From Leucoraja ocellata (taxonomy: Eukaryota): a stretch of DNA of 64,000 nucleotides. Under the pieces are notes generated by a model. It saw only the letters and a list, made by a program, of their open reading frames with translations, did not search any database and had not been told where the DNA came from. Within the stretch, counting starts at the first letter, position 1; every line of letters begins with the position of its first letter. Where the stretch lies: NCBI GenBank assembly GCA_036785375.1, contig JAWMAR010000361.1:620001-684000 (forward strand), read 5' to 3'. This document shows positions 51,937 through 62,480 of the stretch, piece by piece. The position numbers were made by a program, and so were the translations under genes.

Positions 51937-52141
51937 TTGAAGTGTGTATGGCCGTTGGCTCGCTGGGAGCTCATCCGCCTTTGACAGGTCTTGTTTTTGG
52001 TCCTGCTGGGGGTCCACAGCCCCCACCGCACCTGGCAAACCAGGTGGGGGAGATGGTTTAGTCGCCGACTATCCGACCATGGAGCAGGTAGCGCGGGATT
52101 ACATGGTACCTGTGGCAGAGGGAACTCCCCCCGACCTGACA
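51937..52141 (+). mobile_element. Unclassified GC-rich short interspersed element
   Basis: Sharp GC/CpG-rich block ending GACCTGAC (repeat-like tail); family uncertain. Confidence 0.35.
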
Positions 52142-53553
52142 GCAATAAAGAAAGGTTCATTTAATATAGCAGTGGATGGATTTGGCCCGGTAATTGGTGA
52201 GACTCCACTGTTATTTTAATTGCACGCAGCTATGAATTGGTGTCTTAAAAATGTGTTGATGTGTTGGTTCAAATATTCAGGTAAGAATCAGGGAAGCATA
52301 ATATTTGGGAAAACCACTCAGCTATCAAAAGCAAAACACGTGCTGATCAGAAACAAGGAAATGGTTTACCAAGGCTGGGGGTAAGTAGGTTTTTAACTGC
52401 ACTGTGTATAAACAGTGTTGAATGATTAGATTCCAAAAATCTAGATTCACTTCCTATTGAATATACTTAAACAGAGGAAAGTCTATGTGCTAAGGAAGGG
52501 GAAATCCAACAAATTGGAAATGGACCTTGAATTTAGAGCTGCAGCTGGGATCTAAACTGAGCTGGAAGTTGTATTTGGCCAGTTAGAAAATGGTTTATTA
52601 AAGGTCGTAATCCACTGAATTCAAACAGCCAACAAAGTCTATTTCTGCAAGAAAATGCCACAGGCTTGCTGCTTGATGGCATCTCCTATGTCCTTAGAGT
52701 TTAGCAAAAGTCCAAAAGTTTTCAGGTACAGTATTATACATTTAAATGTTTACAGCTGTTACAGCAATTGATCACTACCAATGCTCAGGTGCTTTTTATA
52801 TTTATAGTTGACATCTACTGATGACTGTGGGCCTGCTAACCGTCAAAATGAAATAATCAAATGAAAAACATGCTCTCTCTTTCTCTCTCTATATGCTTTC
52901 AGGTCGAGACATTTCTGTACGGTCTTGAGCCAATATGTCACCCAATGCTTCTCTCCAGAGATGCTGCTTGTCCCGCTGAGTTACTCTAGCTTTTTGTATC
53001 TATCTTCAGTTTTAACCAGCACCTGCAGTTCCTTCCTACACTAATAGATATGATGTGGGGGTTTATGTGAAACATCTGATTTCCAGCGTCATCGACTAGT
53101 TAGTTGACTATGTATCCCCAGCATATCAGTAATTTCTGGAACAGTTGGTTGTGATTTAGCGATGCAGAACTACATTTAGACGGTCCACATGCTCATCTTA
53201 TTGATTGTCACAGAGTATTTGAGGTAGAAGAACAAATAAACCATTCACCTGGTGATTGGAAAGTTCTGTTGTGGCTTGAAACTTGCCTCCTTTCCTTTGC
53301 AAGTTTGTGGTAACATTAAACAGAAGGGCCCACTGTAGAGAACAAGAGTCTGCCCACTTTATATTCACCCTTATGCAGCATTACACAGAAAACCCTCGCA
53401 ATGACTACAGTGGCGCAAAGTTTAACTCAAGTCCGGAAGGGAAGAAACGCGATGTTGGGGGGCAAGGGGTAAAAATAAGGGTATTCACAGGCTTGGAATC
53501 CACAGAATCCCTGGCAACACACGCAATGCGCCAGAGATGTGCCTGGTACTCAC

Positions 53554-53564
53554 GCCCCCTTCAT
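53554..53564 (-). CDS. Candidate coding part of exon 1 (ATG AAG GGG GC)
   Basis: agcATG with A at -3, followed by the consensus donor gtgagt (53553-53548). Phase 2 matches exon 2. Confidence 0.45.
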
Positions 53565-53670
53565 GCTGCTCGCTCTCTCCGTTCCCGCCACGTGACGTCA
53601 GCACGTTGGGTCACTTGTGGAGGCGGGGGTGAAGGGCGCCTCAACAGGACACTAGGTCCACTACAACCGA
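53565..53670 (-). promoter_or_regulatory. CpG-rich promoter candidate with overlapping E2F, E-box and CRE sites plus a GC box
   Basis: TTCCCGCCA at 53582-53590, CACGTG at 53589-53594, TGACGTCA at 53593-53600, GAGGCGGGG at about 53620. Not similar to any repeat in the window. Confidence 0.6.
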
Positions 53671-53717
53671 AAACCGCTTCTGATTAATTTAGCTGTTTGT
53701 AGGCCAACAGTAGGCCA

Positions 53718-54318
53718 GCTGGGATGTAATGTTAAAATTGTACAAGGCATTGGTGAGACCAATTCTGGAGTATGGTGTACAATTTTGGTCGCCCAATTAT
53801 AGGAAGGATGTCAACAAAATAGAGAGAGTACAGAGGAGATTTACTAGAATGTTGCCTGGGTTTCAACAACTAAGTTACAGAGATAGGTTGAATAAGTTAG
53901 GTCTTTATTCTCTGGAGCGCAGAAGGTTAAGGGGGGACCTGATAGAGGTCTTTAAAATGATGAGAGGGATAGACAGAGTTGATGTGAACAAGCTTTTCCC
54001 TTTGAGAATAGGGAAGATTCAAACAAGAGGACATGACTTCAGAATTAAGGGACAGAGGTTTAGGGGTAATATGAGGGGGAACTTCTTTACTCAGAGAGTG
54101 GTGGCGGTGTGGAATGAGCTTCCAGTGGAAGTGGTGGAGGCGGGTTCATTGGTATCATTTAAAAATAAATTGGATAGGCATATGGATGAGAAGGGAATGG
54201 AGGGTTATGGTATGAGTGCAGGCAGGTGGTACTAAGGGGGAAAAAAATTTGTTCGGCACGGACTTGTAGGGCCGAGATGGCCTGTTTCCGTGCTGTAATT
54301 GTTATATGGTTATATGGT
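53718..54318 (+). mobile_element. HER1-like CR1 LINE 3' fragment (subfamily 2), open ORF2 end
   Basis: ORF 53729-54235 reads LYKALVRPILEYGVQFWSP..RRLRGDLIEVFK..FFTQRVV. The 3' tail resembles the HE1-like SINE tail. Confidence 0.95.
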
Positions 54319-54374
54319 TATTATCACCTTCCCCTCTGCCAGCAGTGAAACCAGTCTATACTTCCTTGATCACC

Positions 54375-55013
54375 GTGTGCAAGAAGGAACTGCAGATGCT
54401 GGAAAATCGAAGGTACACAAAAATGCTGGAGAAACTCAGCGGGCGCAGCAGCATCTATGGAGCGAAGGAAATAGGCAACGTTTCAGGACGAAACCCAAAG
54501 TAAATAGGCAACGTTTCGGGTCGAAACCCAAAGAGTTTCGTCCCGAAACGTTGTATTGTATTGTATTCAAATTTATTGTCATTGTCTCAATTTGAGACAA
54601 CAAAATGAATTTTCCTTACAGGCAGTATCATTAAAAAAATCACAAAAAAAATAAAATAAATAATAAATAAATAATAAAACATATTAAAAATAAAATTGAA
54701 ATTGAATTAAAAAAAAAAAAAAAAGCACAAACACAGAAAGTCCACGACACAACATAACATAAATGGCACCAAGGTGAGGTTGGCACCATAGTCCAGCCAG
54801 CCTACGTTGCCTATTTCCTTCGCTCAACGGGTCAGGCAGCATCTCTGGAGAAAAGGAATAGCTGACGTTTCGGGTTGGAACCCAAGTCTGAAGAAATGTC
54901 CTGACCCAAAACGTCACCTATCCCTTCTGTCCACAGATGCTGCCTGACCCGCTGAGTTACCCCAGCATTTTGTGTCTGTCTTCGGTGTAAGTGCCGGCAG
55001 TTCCTTCCTACAC
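54375..55013. mobile_element. Nested cluster: young fold-back PLE, a 250-bp retroelement tail (54554-54803), and an older fold-back PLE
   Basis: 6-bp TSD ACGTTG at 54548-54553 and 54804-54809 around an insert with a (TATTG)n end. Older hairpin at about 54826-55013. Confidence 0.8.
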
Positions 55014-55218
55014 AAAACTAAATTGGTGTTTCTAGTTCATTTTAAAATTAGAATATAATTAGTTCATCAAAATAGGACATACTAACAAACAGGATTTTTG
55101 TTCGATATACCTGACAGTATCTATTTGTGAAACAATGTAAATTATCCCAGGGTTGTAACATAAGCAAGCAATTGATTAAAATGGAAAACGCAAAGAAACC
55201 TACTTAAAACAAGCCCTG

Positions 55219-55484
55219 GTGCACAAAAAAGCTGGAGAAACTCAGCGGGTGCAGCAGCATCCATGGAGCGAAGGAAATAGGCAACGTTTCGGGCCAAAAC
55301 CCTTTGGGTTTCGGCCCGAAACGTTGCCTATTTCCTTTGGGTTTCGGCCCGAAACGTTGCCTATTTCCTTTGGGTTTCGGCCCGAAACGTTGCCTATTTC
55401 CTTCGCTCCATAGATGCTGCCGCACCCGCTCAGTTTCTCCAGCATTTTTGTGTGCCTTCAATTTTCCAGCATCTGCAGTTCCTT
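55219..55484. mobile_element. Fold-back Penelope-like mini-element with 3 x 33-bp perfect central array
   Basis: Units at 55303-55335, 55336-55368 and 55369-55401. 16-bp TSD CTTAAAACAAGCCCTG at 55203-55218 and 55485-55500. Confidence 0.92.
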
Positions 55485-56845
55485 CTTAAAACAAGCCCTG
55501 ATTTGTTGCAGAAATCTGTTTTCCAACTCTGGTCTGTGTATCCGGGATAGTATTATGAAATATTCACATTAAGAATATAAAGATCTATGTTATATTCCCT
55601 ATTTCACTTGACTATCAAAAATGGAACAGATATCCTAATTTTGCAGCCAATCCTCAAACCATAACCAAAATAAAGGAATGGCAGAAAATGTACACATTAC
55701 ATAGAAATTTCGAAACACTGAGTAGATTATTAATAAAGTCATAACACATTAGAACTTGACATTAAACTCATGTAAAACAAATAAGAGAGAACAATTTGGC
55801 TGCAGGCCATCCTAATTCTTGAATTCCTTTGACAGTTGACGTCCTTATTTCAACATTTCCCAACTCCATTTGTTGATTTTTCCCTTTGTCATTCTAATTT
55901 CCTGTGCTGTCTCTGATCTTCAAAAGCAAATTGATGGTGTTTTCCACTTTTACCCATCCCTCAACCTTCATGTGATCTATATTTAATTCTCTGCTTTTCT
56001 TCCCAGTTTTTCTCTGCTTCTTCTGACCGGTGGCAATGGATTTCCATGGGAATTTCCACACATCCATGTAGTCTCCTGGGTAGATAATACCCAGCATCTG
56101 CAGTAACTTCCTACACACGAGTCTCCTGGGTACTTTCACCCATGGTATTAATATCGTTCCTTTTTACATGCTTATAGATCTGCTGTATAATTCTAATACC
56201 TTCACAGCTGCATTGTGGCGAGATATAGCTGAAAACATGGTACTGCGCCACAGAAGAAAATTGCAGCGATTTAATTATTAGAAGAAAGCCCTCAGTTTTA
56301 AAGGGAAATACCAGTTTCTCAAACTATGTGATGTTGTCATTAAATATTTTTGAGATTTATTCCTTTTGTGCGCTCGGGTTTAATAGACTTCACCATTCTG
56401 TTGGAATTCTGTGTTGATGGAAGTTGGATTTATGAGCTAAGTCCGTTTGCTTGGTACCTCAATGTATTATTCATTGATATTTTGAAATGTGAATAATTTA
56501 TATTGCTGCCGACACCTACCTCTAGGTGATCATTTTGGAAACCCAATCATTAGTTACTTTGTAACTCACACCTGGTCTCCTGTAGCCACCTATGAATAAT
56601 ACATAGATAAATACACTTAAATACAGCTGCTGCTTTGTAATATGCCACACATTAGCATTTCATAGTGAGACGGAATTGGTGAAAAAAAGCACATTTGACA
56701 CAAATGGCTTACAGCTGATAGATTTAAGTCCTCGGCTAGTGTTTGGCAGAGTATGTTTCAACTGACAAGCTTTCTCTATTGTGTTGTGAGGTCACACAAT
56801 TATCCATTATATGAATCTACTTGGAAAAGCTTCTAGAAAGAGTTG

Positions 56846-57561
56846 AGGGCCTGTCCCACCCACTTAGGCGATTTTGTTCGTGACTGCAGGTGACTAGGTT
56901 GTTTTCACATGGTCGCGGAGCGATGCCTGTACGGTCGTGAGTCACATGGTCGTGGAGCGATACCTGTACGGTCCTGAGTCACATGGTCGTGGGGCGATGC
57001 CTGTACGGTCGTGCGTTGCCTCCTCAAGTCGCCTAAAGAGTCGTAACGTTTTTTTCGTCGCCGCTAGATTTTGAAATGTTCAAAACCTTTTGGCGACTGG
57101 GGGCTTGATGTAGCTTGATGTCTTCTCCTGTCATAGATGCTGTCGTAGGTTGTGGCCAGGATGATGCAGGTTGTCGCCAGGTGACGTTGGTTGTCGCCAG
57201 ATGCTGACTTCAATGAATTCCGTTGCGACTACCTACGTCAACCTACGTCAACCGGTGACAGGTACCGGCAACTGAATTGTCTTCAGTTGTTTCCAGTTGT
57301 TGCCGGCAGGGTTGTAGCTTGTGGTAGCTTGTTGCGGGTGGACGTAGGTTGTCATAAGTGTGGGCGTAAGTGGACGTCCTAAGTTGCGACGATTGGGTCG
57401 CTGGTTGTTGCTAGCTTGTCATAGCTTGACGTTGACTAGATGATAGGTTGTCGTAGACATTGTTGTAGGGGGGGGTCCAGTCGCTGGTTTCCGGCGACCT
57501 GCTATGACTGTGACAGTCGCCAGGCAGTCGCTGAAAAAATCGTCTAAATGGGACGGGCCCT
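56846..57561. mobile_element. PIF/Harbinger non-autonomous element (related to family B) with 37-bp x3 internal array
   Basis: TIRs AGGGCCTGTCCCAC..TTAGGCGATTTT / AAAATCGTCTAAATGGGACGGGCCCT followed by TAA (left TSD degenerate). Array at 56905-57015. Confidence 0.82.
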
Positions 57562-58727
57562 TAAGATATAGATCTTGGGGCAAACGGAATCAAGGGATGT
57601 GGGGAAAAAGCAGGAACAGAATACTGATTTTGGATGATCAACCATGATCATATAGAATGGCGGTGCAGGCTCGAAGGGTCAAATGGCCTACTCCTGCACC
57701 TATTTCCTATGTTTCTAAAATTGATGAAAGTGACAGCCTTGAAAAACCTAAATGCTGGCTTTAGTTTATACTTGGGACGAAAATAGAAAGAAAGATTTGT
57801 GGTAATTTAGAAAAAATTTGCAATTACATTTCTCCAGAAGGAACTTTCCAGCCTTTCAGCACAGTAATACAAGCAAACTTTTTTTATTTCAGTAGTGGAA
57901 CACAAGCGAGTTGAATTCTAAATACTGTTAGCGTAATCGTTTGGTTTTCAGAAAACTGAATGCAATTTTTAAAACTGACATCAATGGCTATTTTTAATTT
58001 TTTTTGGAAAAGGCGCACAATTTAATTACAGACAGCGAATCAAAAATATCCACAGAAGCTCGAAAGTCTGAACTGTTTAACGGACCAAGGCTTTGTTGAG
58101 GTTCCAAAATAATACCATAAGCATACGGTTGTAACGCCAGCAGGAGGCATTTCTCCTTCCAAATTCCACATACGTTTATTGACCCATATCTAGCAGTTAT
58201 TCCACGGTCCTGACAACTAAAACCACATCCAAACCGCATTATCGTAGTGATAGATTTGTTTAATTGTATTTTTTTCTCTCTCACAAGCTTAGTGGTGGTC
58301 TGAAAATATGTTAAAGTGCCATTGTTGTAATTTGTGGGATCCATACCCGCTTTGAACAGAGTTTGTTTACAGAGCAGCAAAATATTATTCCACATGGTTT
58401 GTGTCACTCGCAGAGTCTAATTAAAACTCCATTCCATTGAAACAAAGATTAAGAGTTTGCTTTCTTTAAATGGTTTAAATTGCCGGCTAAAACTTCCTTA
58501 TTCAATTTCAAAATATACATGTAGATCAAATTTGCAATCAGAGAGATATTTGTTTAAAAATAGAAAGGAAAAGATGCAGTAGTAGGTCATATCGCTCCGC
58601 AATCACCATTCAATACGTTCAGGACTAACCCCAAACTACAAGCCCACCTTCCCATTCTCTCCATGTACCCTGTGTGTCCTTTTATGTCAGGAAAGCTATC
58701 AATCTAATTCTTACATGCGCTTAGTTT

Positions 58728-59143
58728 AAGATTCAAGATTCAAGAGAGTTTATTGTCATGTGTCCCAGATAGGACCATGAAATTCTTGCTTTGCTTCAGC
58801 ACAACAGAATATAGTAGGCATAAATAAATATAGAACAGATCAGTGTGACCATATACCAATGAATATATATATACACACATAAATAAGCAGATAAAGTGCA
58901 ATGGGCTATTAATGTTCAGAGTTTTGCTTGAGTTGAGTTTAATAGCCTGATGGCTGTGGGGAAGAAGCTATTCTTGAATCTGGATGTTGCAGATTTCAGG
59001 CTCCTGTACCTTCTACCTGAAAGCAGCGGAGAGATGAGTTAGTGGCCAGGATGGTGTGGATGCTTGATGATGCTGGCAGCCTTTTTCAGGCAGCGACTGT
59101 GATTGATCCCCTCGATGGTAGGGAGGTCAGAGCCGATGATGGA
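58728..59143 (-). mobile_element. Rex1/Babar-type LINE 3' fragment
   Basis: Reverse strand reads CLKKAASIIKHPHHPGH..LLSGRRYRSLKSATSRFKNSFFPTAIRLLN; (GATTCAA)n tail. Confidence 0.85.
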
Positions 59144-59155
59144 CTGGGCAGTGTT

Positions 59156-59669
59156 TAAGAAGGAACTGCAGATGCTGGAAAATCGAAGGTACACAAAAAA
59201 GCTGGAGAAACTCAGCTGGGTGCAGCAGCATCTATGGAGCGAAGGAAATAGGCAACGTTTTGGGCCGAAACCCTTCTTCAGACTGATCGGGGGGGTGGGG
59301 GGGGGGGGGGGGGGGGGGCGGGGACAAGAAAGGAAAAAGGAGGAGGAGCCCGAAGGCTGGGGATGGGAGGAGACAGCAGGGGGACTGAGGAAGGGGAGGA
59401 GACAGCAAGGACTAACAAAATTGGGAGAATTCGATGTTCATGCCCCCAGGATGCAGACTCCCCAAGCGGAATATGAGGTGCTGTTCCTCCAATTTCCGGT
59501 GTTGCTTGCTGTGGCCATGGAGGAGACCCAGGACAGAGAGGTCGGAGGCAGAGTGGCAGGGGGAGTTGAAGTGCTGAGCCACCGGGAGGTCAGCTTGGTT
59601 ATAGCGGACCAGGCGGAGGTGTTTGGCGAAACGATCGCCCAACCTCCGCTTGGTCTCACCGATATAGAT
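59156..59669 (-). mobile_element. Young Penelope-like element, 5'-truncated (GIY-YIG C-half plus terminal repeat)
   Basis: YIGETKRRLGDRFAKHL..VAQHFN..LEEQHLIFRLG..GMN. 12-bp TSD CTGGGCAGTGTT at 59144-59155 and 59670-59681. Hammerhead core at 59254-59281 with G12 changed to A. Confidence 0.93.
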
Positions 59670-60065
59670 CTGGGCAGTGTTGGACTGCGATGATGGACTG
59701 GGCTGGGAAAAGGAATAGGTGACGTTCTGGTTGGAACCGTTCTTCATTCAGAAAGATAGAGAAGGCTCTACCTTACTTCTCTACCTTTCAGTCTGAAGAA
59801 TAGTCCCAACCCCAAACATCATCCATTTCTTTATCTCCGGAGATGCTGCCTGACCCGCTGAGTTACTCCAGCACTTTGTGTCTATCTTAAGTTTCCAACT
59901 TGTTCAGTTGTACAATGTGGAAGCAAGGATATATATTGTCCTGATAGTAGTATATAAAATTAAGAGAAAAATAGATAAGCTGGCCAGTCGGAACCTTTGT
60001 CCCACGGTGGAAATGTCAGAGCTCAGAGGTCGTACAGTAGCTTTAACAAGAGAGGGGTAAAGTTT

Positions 60066-60750
60066 AATTGTAATTGTAATTGTAATTGTAATTGTAATTG
60101 TAATTGTAAATCTTTATTGTCATTTCCTGAGTATTCGCATACCCAGAGGAAACAAAAAAACGTTGCTCAACCAGTGTCCATTCAGTTTGCATTAAAAAAT
60201 AAATAGGAATTAAAATTAAAAAATACATGTCATGAACAAATTTAACACTCTACTAAACATTCAACAGCCGTTCCGACCGGCAGCGGCACAACAGTGGCTC
60301 TGCTGCAGTGTGGGGGTTTGTGCGCGATACTTGGCAGGGGGCAAAGTCCATTTAACAGTGTTATAGCCTGTGGGAAGAAGCTGAGGAGCATCCTGCTGGT
60401 TTTGCAGCTAATGCTCCTGTACCTCTTCCCAGATGGGAGGATGGAGAAAATGTCATGCGATGGGTGGTAAGGGTCTTTGATGATGGAGATGGCTCTGTTG
60501 ATACATCTCTTCTTGTATATGTCCAGCAGGAAGGGGAGTGGAGCACCAATAATCCTGCTTGCGGTCTTCACTATCCTGTCCAGTTGGTGCCGTTCGTACG
60601 CCTTGCAGCTCCCGAACCAGGAAGTGATGCCGTATGTCAGTGTGCTCTCGACAGTCCCCCTATAAAAAGTCCGTAGGTGTGTGGTGGGGAGGCCTGCTTT
60701 ACGTAGTCTTCGGAGAGGGTGAAGTCGCTGCTGGGCTCTCTTGACCAGAG
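60066..60750 (-). mobile_element. Young Rex1/Babar-type LINE 3' fragment with (ATTACA)n tail, nested in CR1
   Basis: Open frame KRAQQRLHPLRRLRKAGL..FYRGTVESTLTYGITSWFG..LPSGKRYRS..SFFPQAITLLN. Confidence 0.9.
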
Positions 60751-61225
60751 CTTAAAGGGAATTTGTAGTGTAAGTTGTTTCCAAACAGAGGGCAGTGGGT
60801 GCCTGAAATGTTCTGCCTGGACCAGTGGTGGAGGAAGTCACTCTTGTGGGTTTTTAGAGGCTTTTAGATCAGCACGTGAATATTCAGGGAATAGTGGGAT
60901 ATGGATCATATGAGGCAGAGGAAAGGAGATTCCTTTAGCTTGGAATTGTATTCGGCACAGACCTTGTGGGTTAAAGGAGCTGTTCTTCAACTATGTTCTA
61001 AGCATGTAAATCAGACCAGAATGTCCTAATGTTTTATTACGCTGTCATTTACCCAAAATCATTATGTGGATCACCTTCCCTTTTTCATGTTTGCTCCTTT
61101 ACTTTGACAGAATCTTAAAACTCAAGTATGATAGCAGATAACAGCTGCTACTGGATTGTCTCTGAGCTTTTATCTATTCCTTCTGCCACTGAACAGTTTT
61201 CAGTGAAACGTATTTCAATAAAATG

Positions 61226-61413
61226 GACACTAAATGCTGGAGTAACTCAGTGGGACAGGCAGCATCTCTGGATAGAAGGAATGGGTGACGTTACAGTTCG
61301 ACCCGAAACGTCACCCATTCCTTCTCTCCAGTGATGCTGCCTGTCCCGCTGAGTTACTCCAGCATTTTGTGTCTATCTTTGGTTTAAACCAGCATCTGCA
61401 GTTCCTTCCTACA
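61226..61413. mobile_element. Fold-back Penelope-like mini-element (older)
   Basis: About 67-bp inverted arms joined within hammerhead stem II. Probable TSD GTATTT(C/A)AATAA at 61210-61221 and 61414-61425. Confidence 0.85.
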
Positions 61414-61775
61414 GTATTTAAATAAGGTTGGAAAAAGAGTTGGACAATTCAAATGAATCAATTTGGATAAATGCTGATGTAACGTTGTTTCACACCTCAC
61501 AGGTTTCCGCAATGTGAGAATATTATCACAGGTAAAACATGACGCTGACACGAGAGGCTTGTGTGTGAAGGATGGCAGCTGTCCCTTGATGGTACAGTAA
61601 ATATGATGATCCCATTAGCACAGTTATTGCACTAAATACCATCCAGCTGCTCAGTAAATCGTTACAACAGTGGCTAAAAACATATTCATATCCAGGGAAT
61701 AAAAACATGAAATGCCAACAAGGGAAGAACTGAATCAAAAATATAATGCTTTAAAATGTGTTTCACGACTACAAA

Positions 61776-62070
61776 GTGGCAAAGTGGTGGAGCCTTTGTT
61801 TTACAGTGCAAAAGACCTGGGTTTGATCCTGTCTGTGTAGAGTGTGCACGCTCTCACTGTGACTACAATGGGTTTCTCCTGGTGCTCCGATTTCCTCCCA
61901 CATTCCAATGTTCCGGTTTGTAGGTTAATTGGCCTCTGTAAATTGCCTCAGGTGTGTAAGAGGTGGATGTGAAGGTAGGGTAACTGAACTAGTGTGAGCG
62001 GGTGATCGATGGTCAGCATGGAGTCGATGGACCAAAGGGCCTCTTTCCTGTATTAATAAACTAAACTAAT
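61776..62070 (+). mobile_element. HE1-like SINE (diverged)
   Basis: Head, body and tail blocks recognisable. Confidence 0.78.
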
Positions 62071-62169
62071 ACTGCCTTTCAAAATTCAGTTTTTTAAAGT
62101 CTCTCATATCCTGAATAGCTCAGCAAGGTACTTCATTTGTCTGCTCTCTTTGTAACTAGATTGGAACTA

Positions 62170-62480
62170 GGCAGCACAATGGCATAATGGTAGAGCTGTT
62201 GACTTAAAGTGCCAGAGACTCAGGTTCGATCCTGACTACAGTTCAGTCTGTCCAGAGTTTGTACGTTCTCCCTGTGACAGTGTGGGGTTTTTTACGGGTG
62301 TTCCGGTTTCCTCCCACACTCTAAAATACAGACTTGTAGGTTAATTGGCTTTGGTAAAATTGTAAATTGTCCCTGGTGTGTTGGATAGTGCTAGTGTACG
62401 GGGTGATCGCTGGTCGGCAAGGTCTCGGTGAGCAGAAGGACCTGTTTTCGTGCAATATTTCTAATGTCTAAAGTCTAAAA
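62170..62480 (+). mobile_element. HE1-like SINE
   Basis: B box GGTTCGATCC, body, (GTCTAAA)n tail. Confidence 0.85.

Noticed and set aside
55303-55401. CRISPR-like array of 33-bp palindromic repeats
   Set aside because: The units are head-to-tail with no unique spacers, derive from the PLE tail, and no cas genes are present; the DNA is vertebrate.
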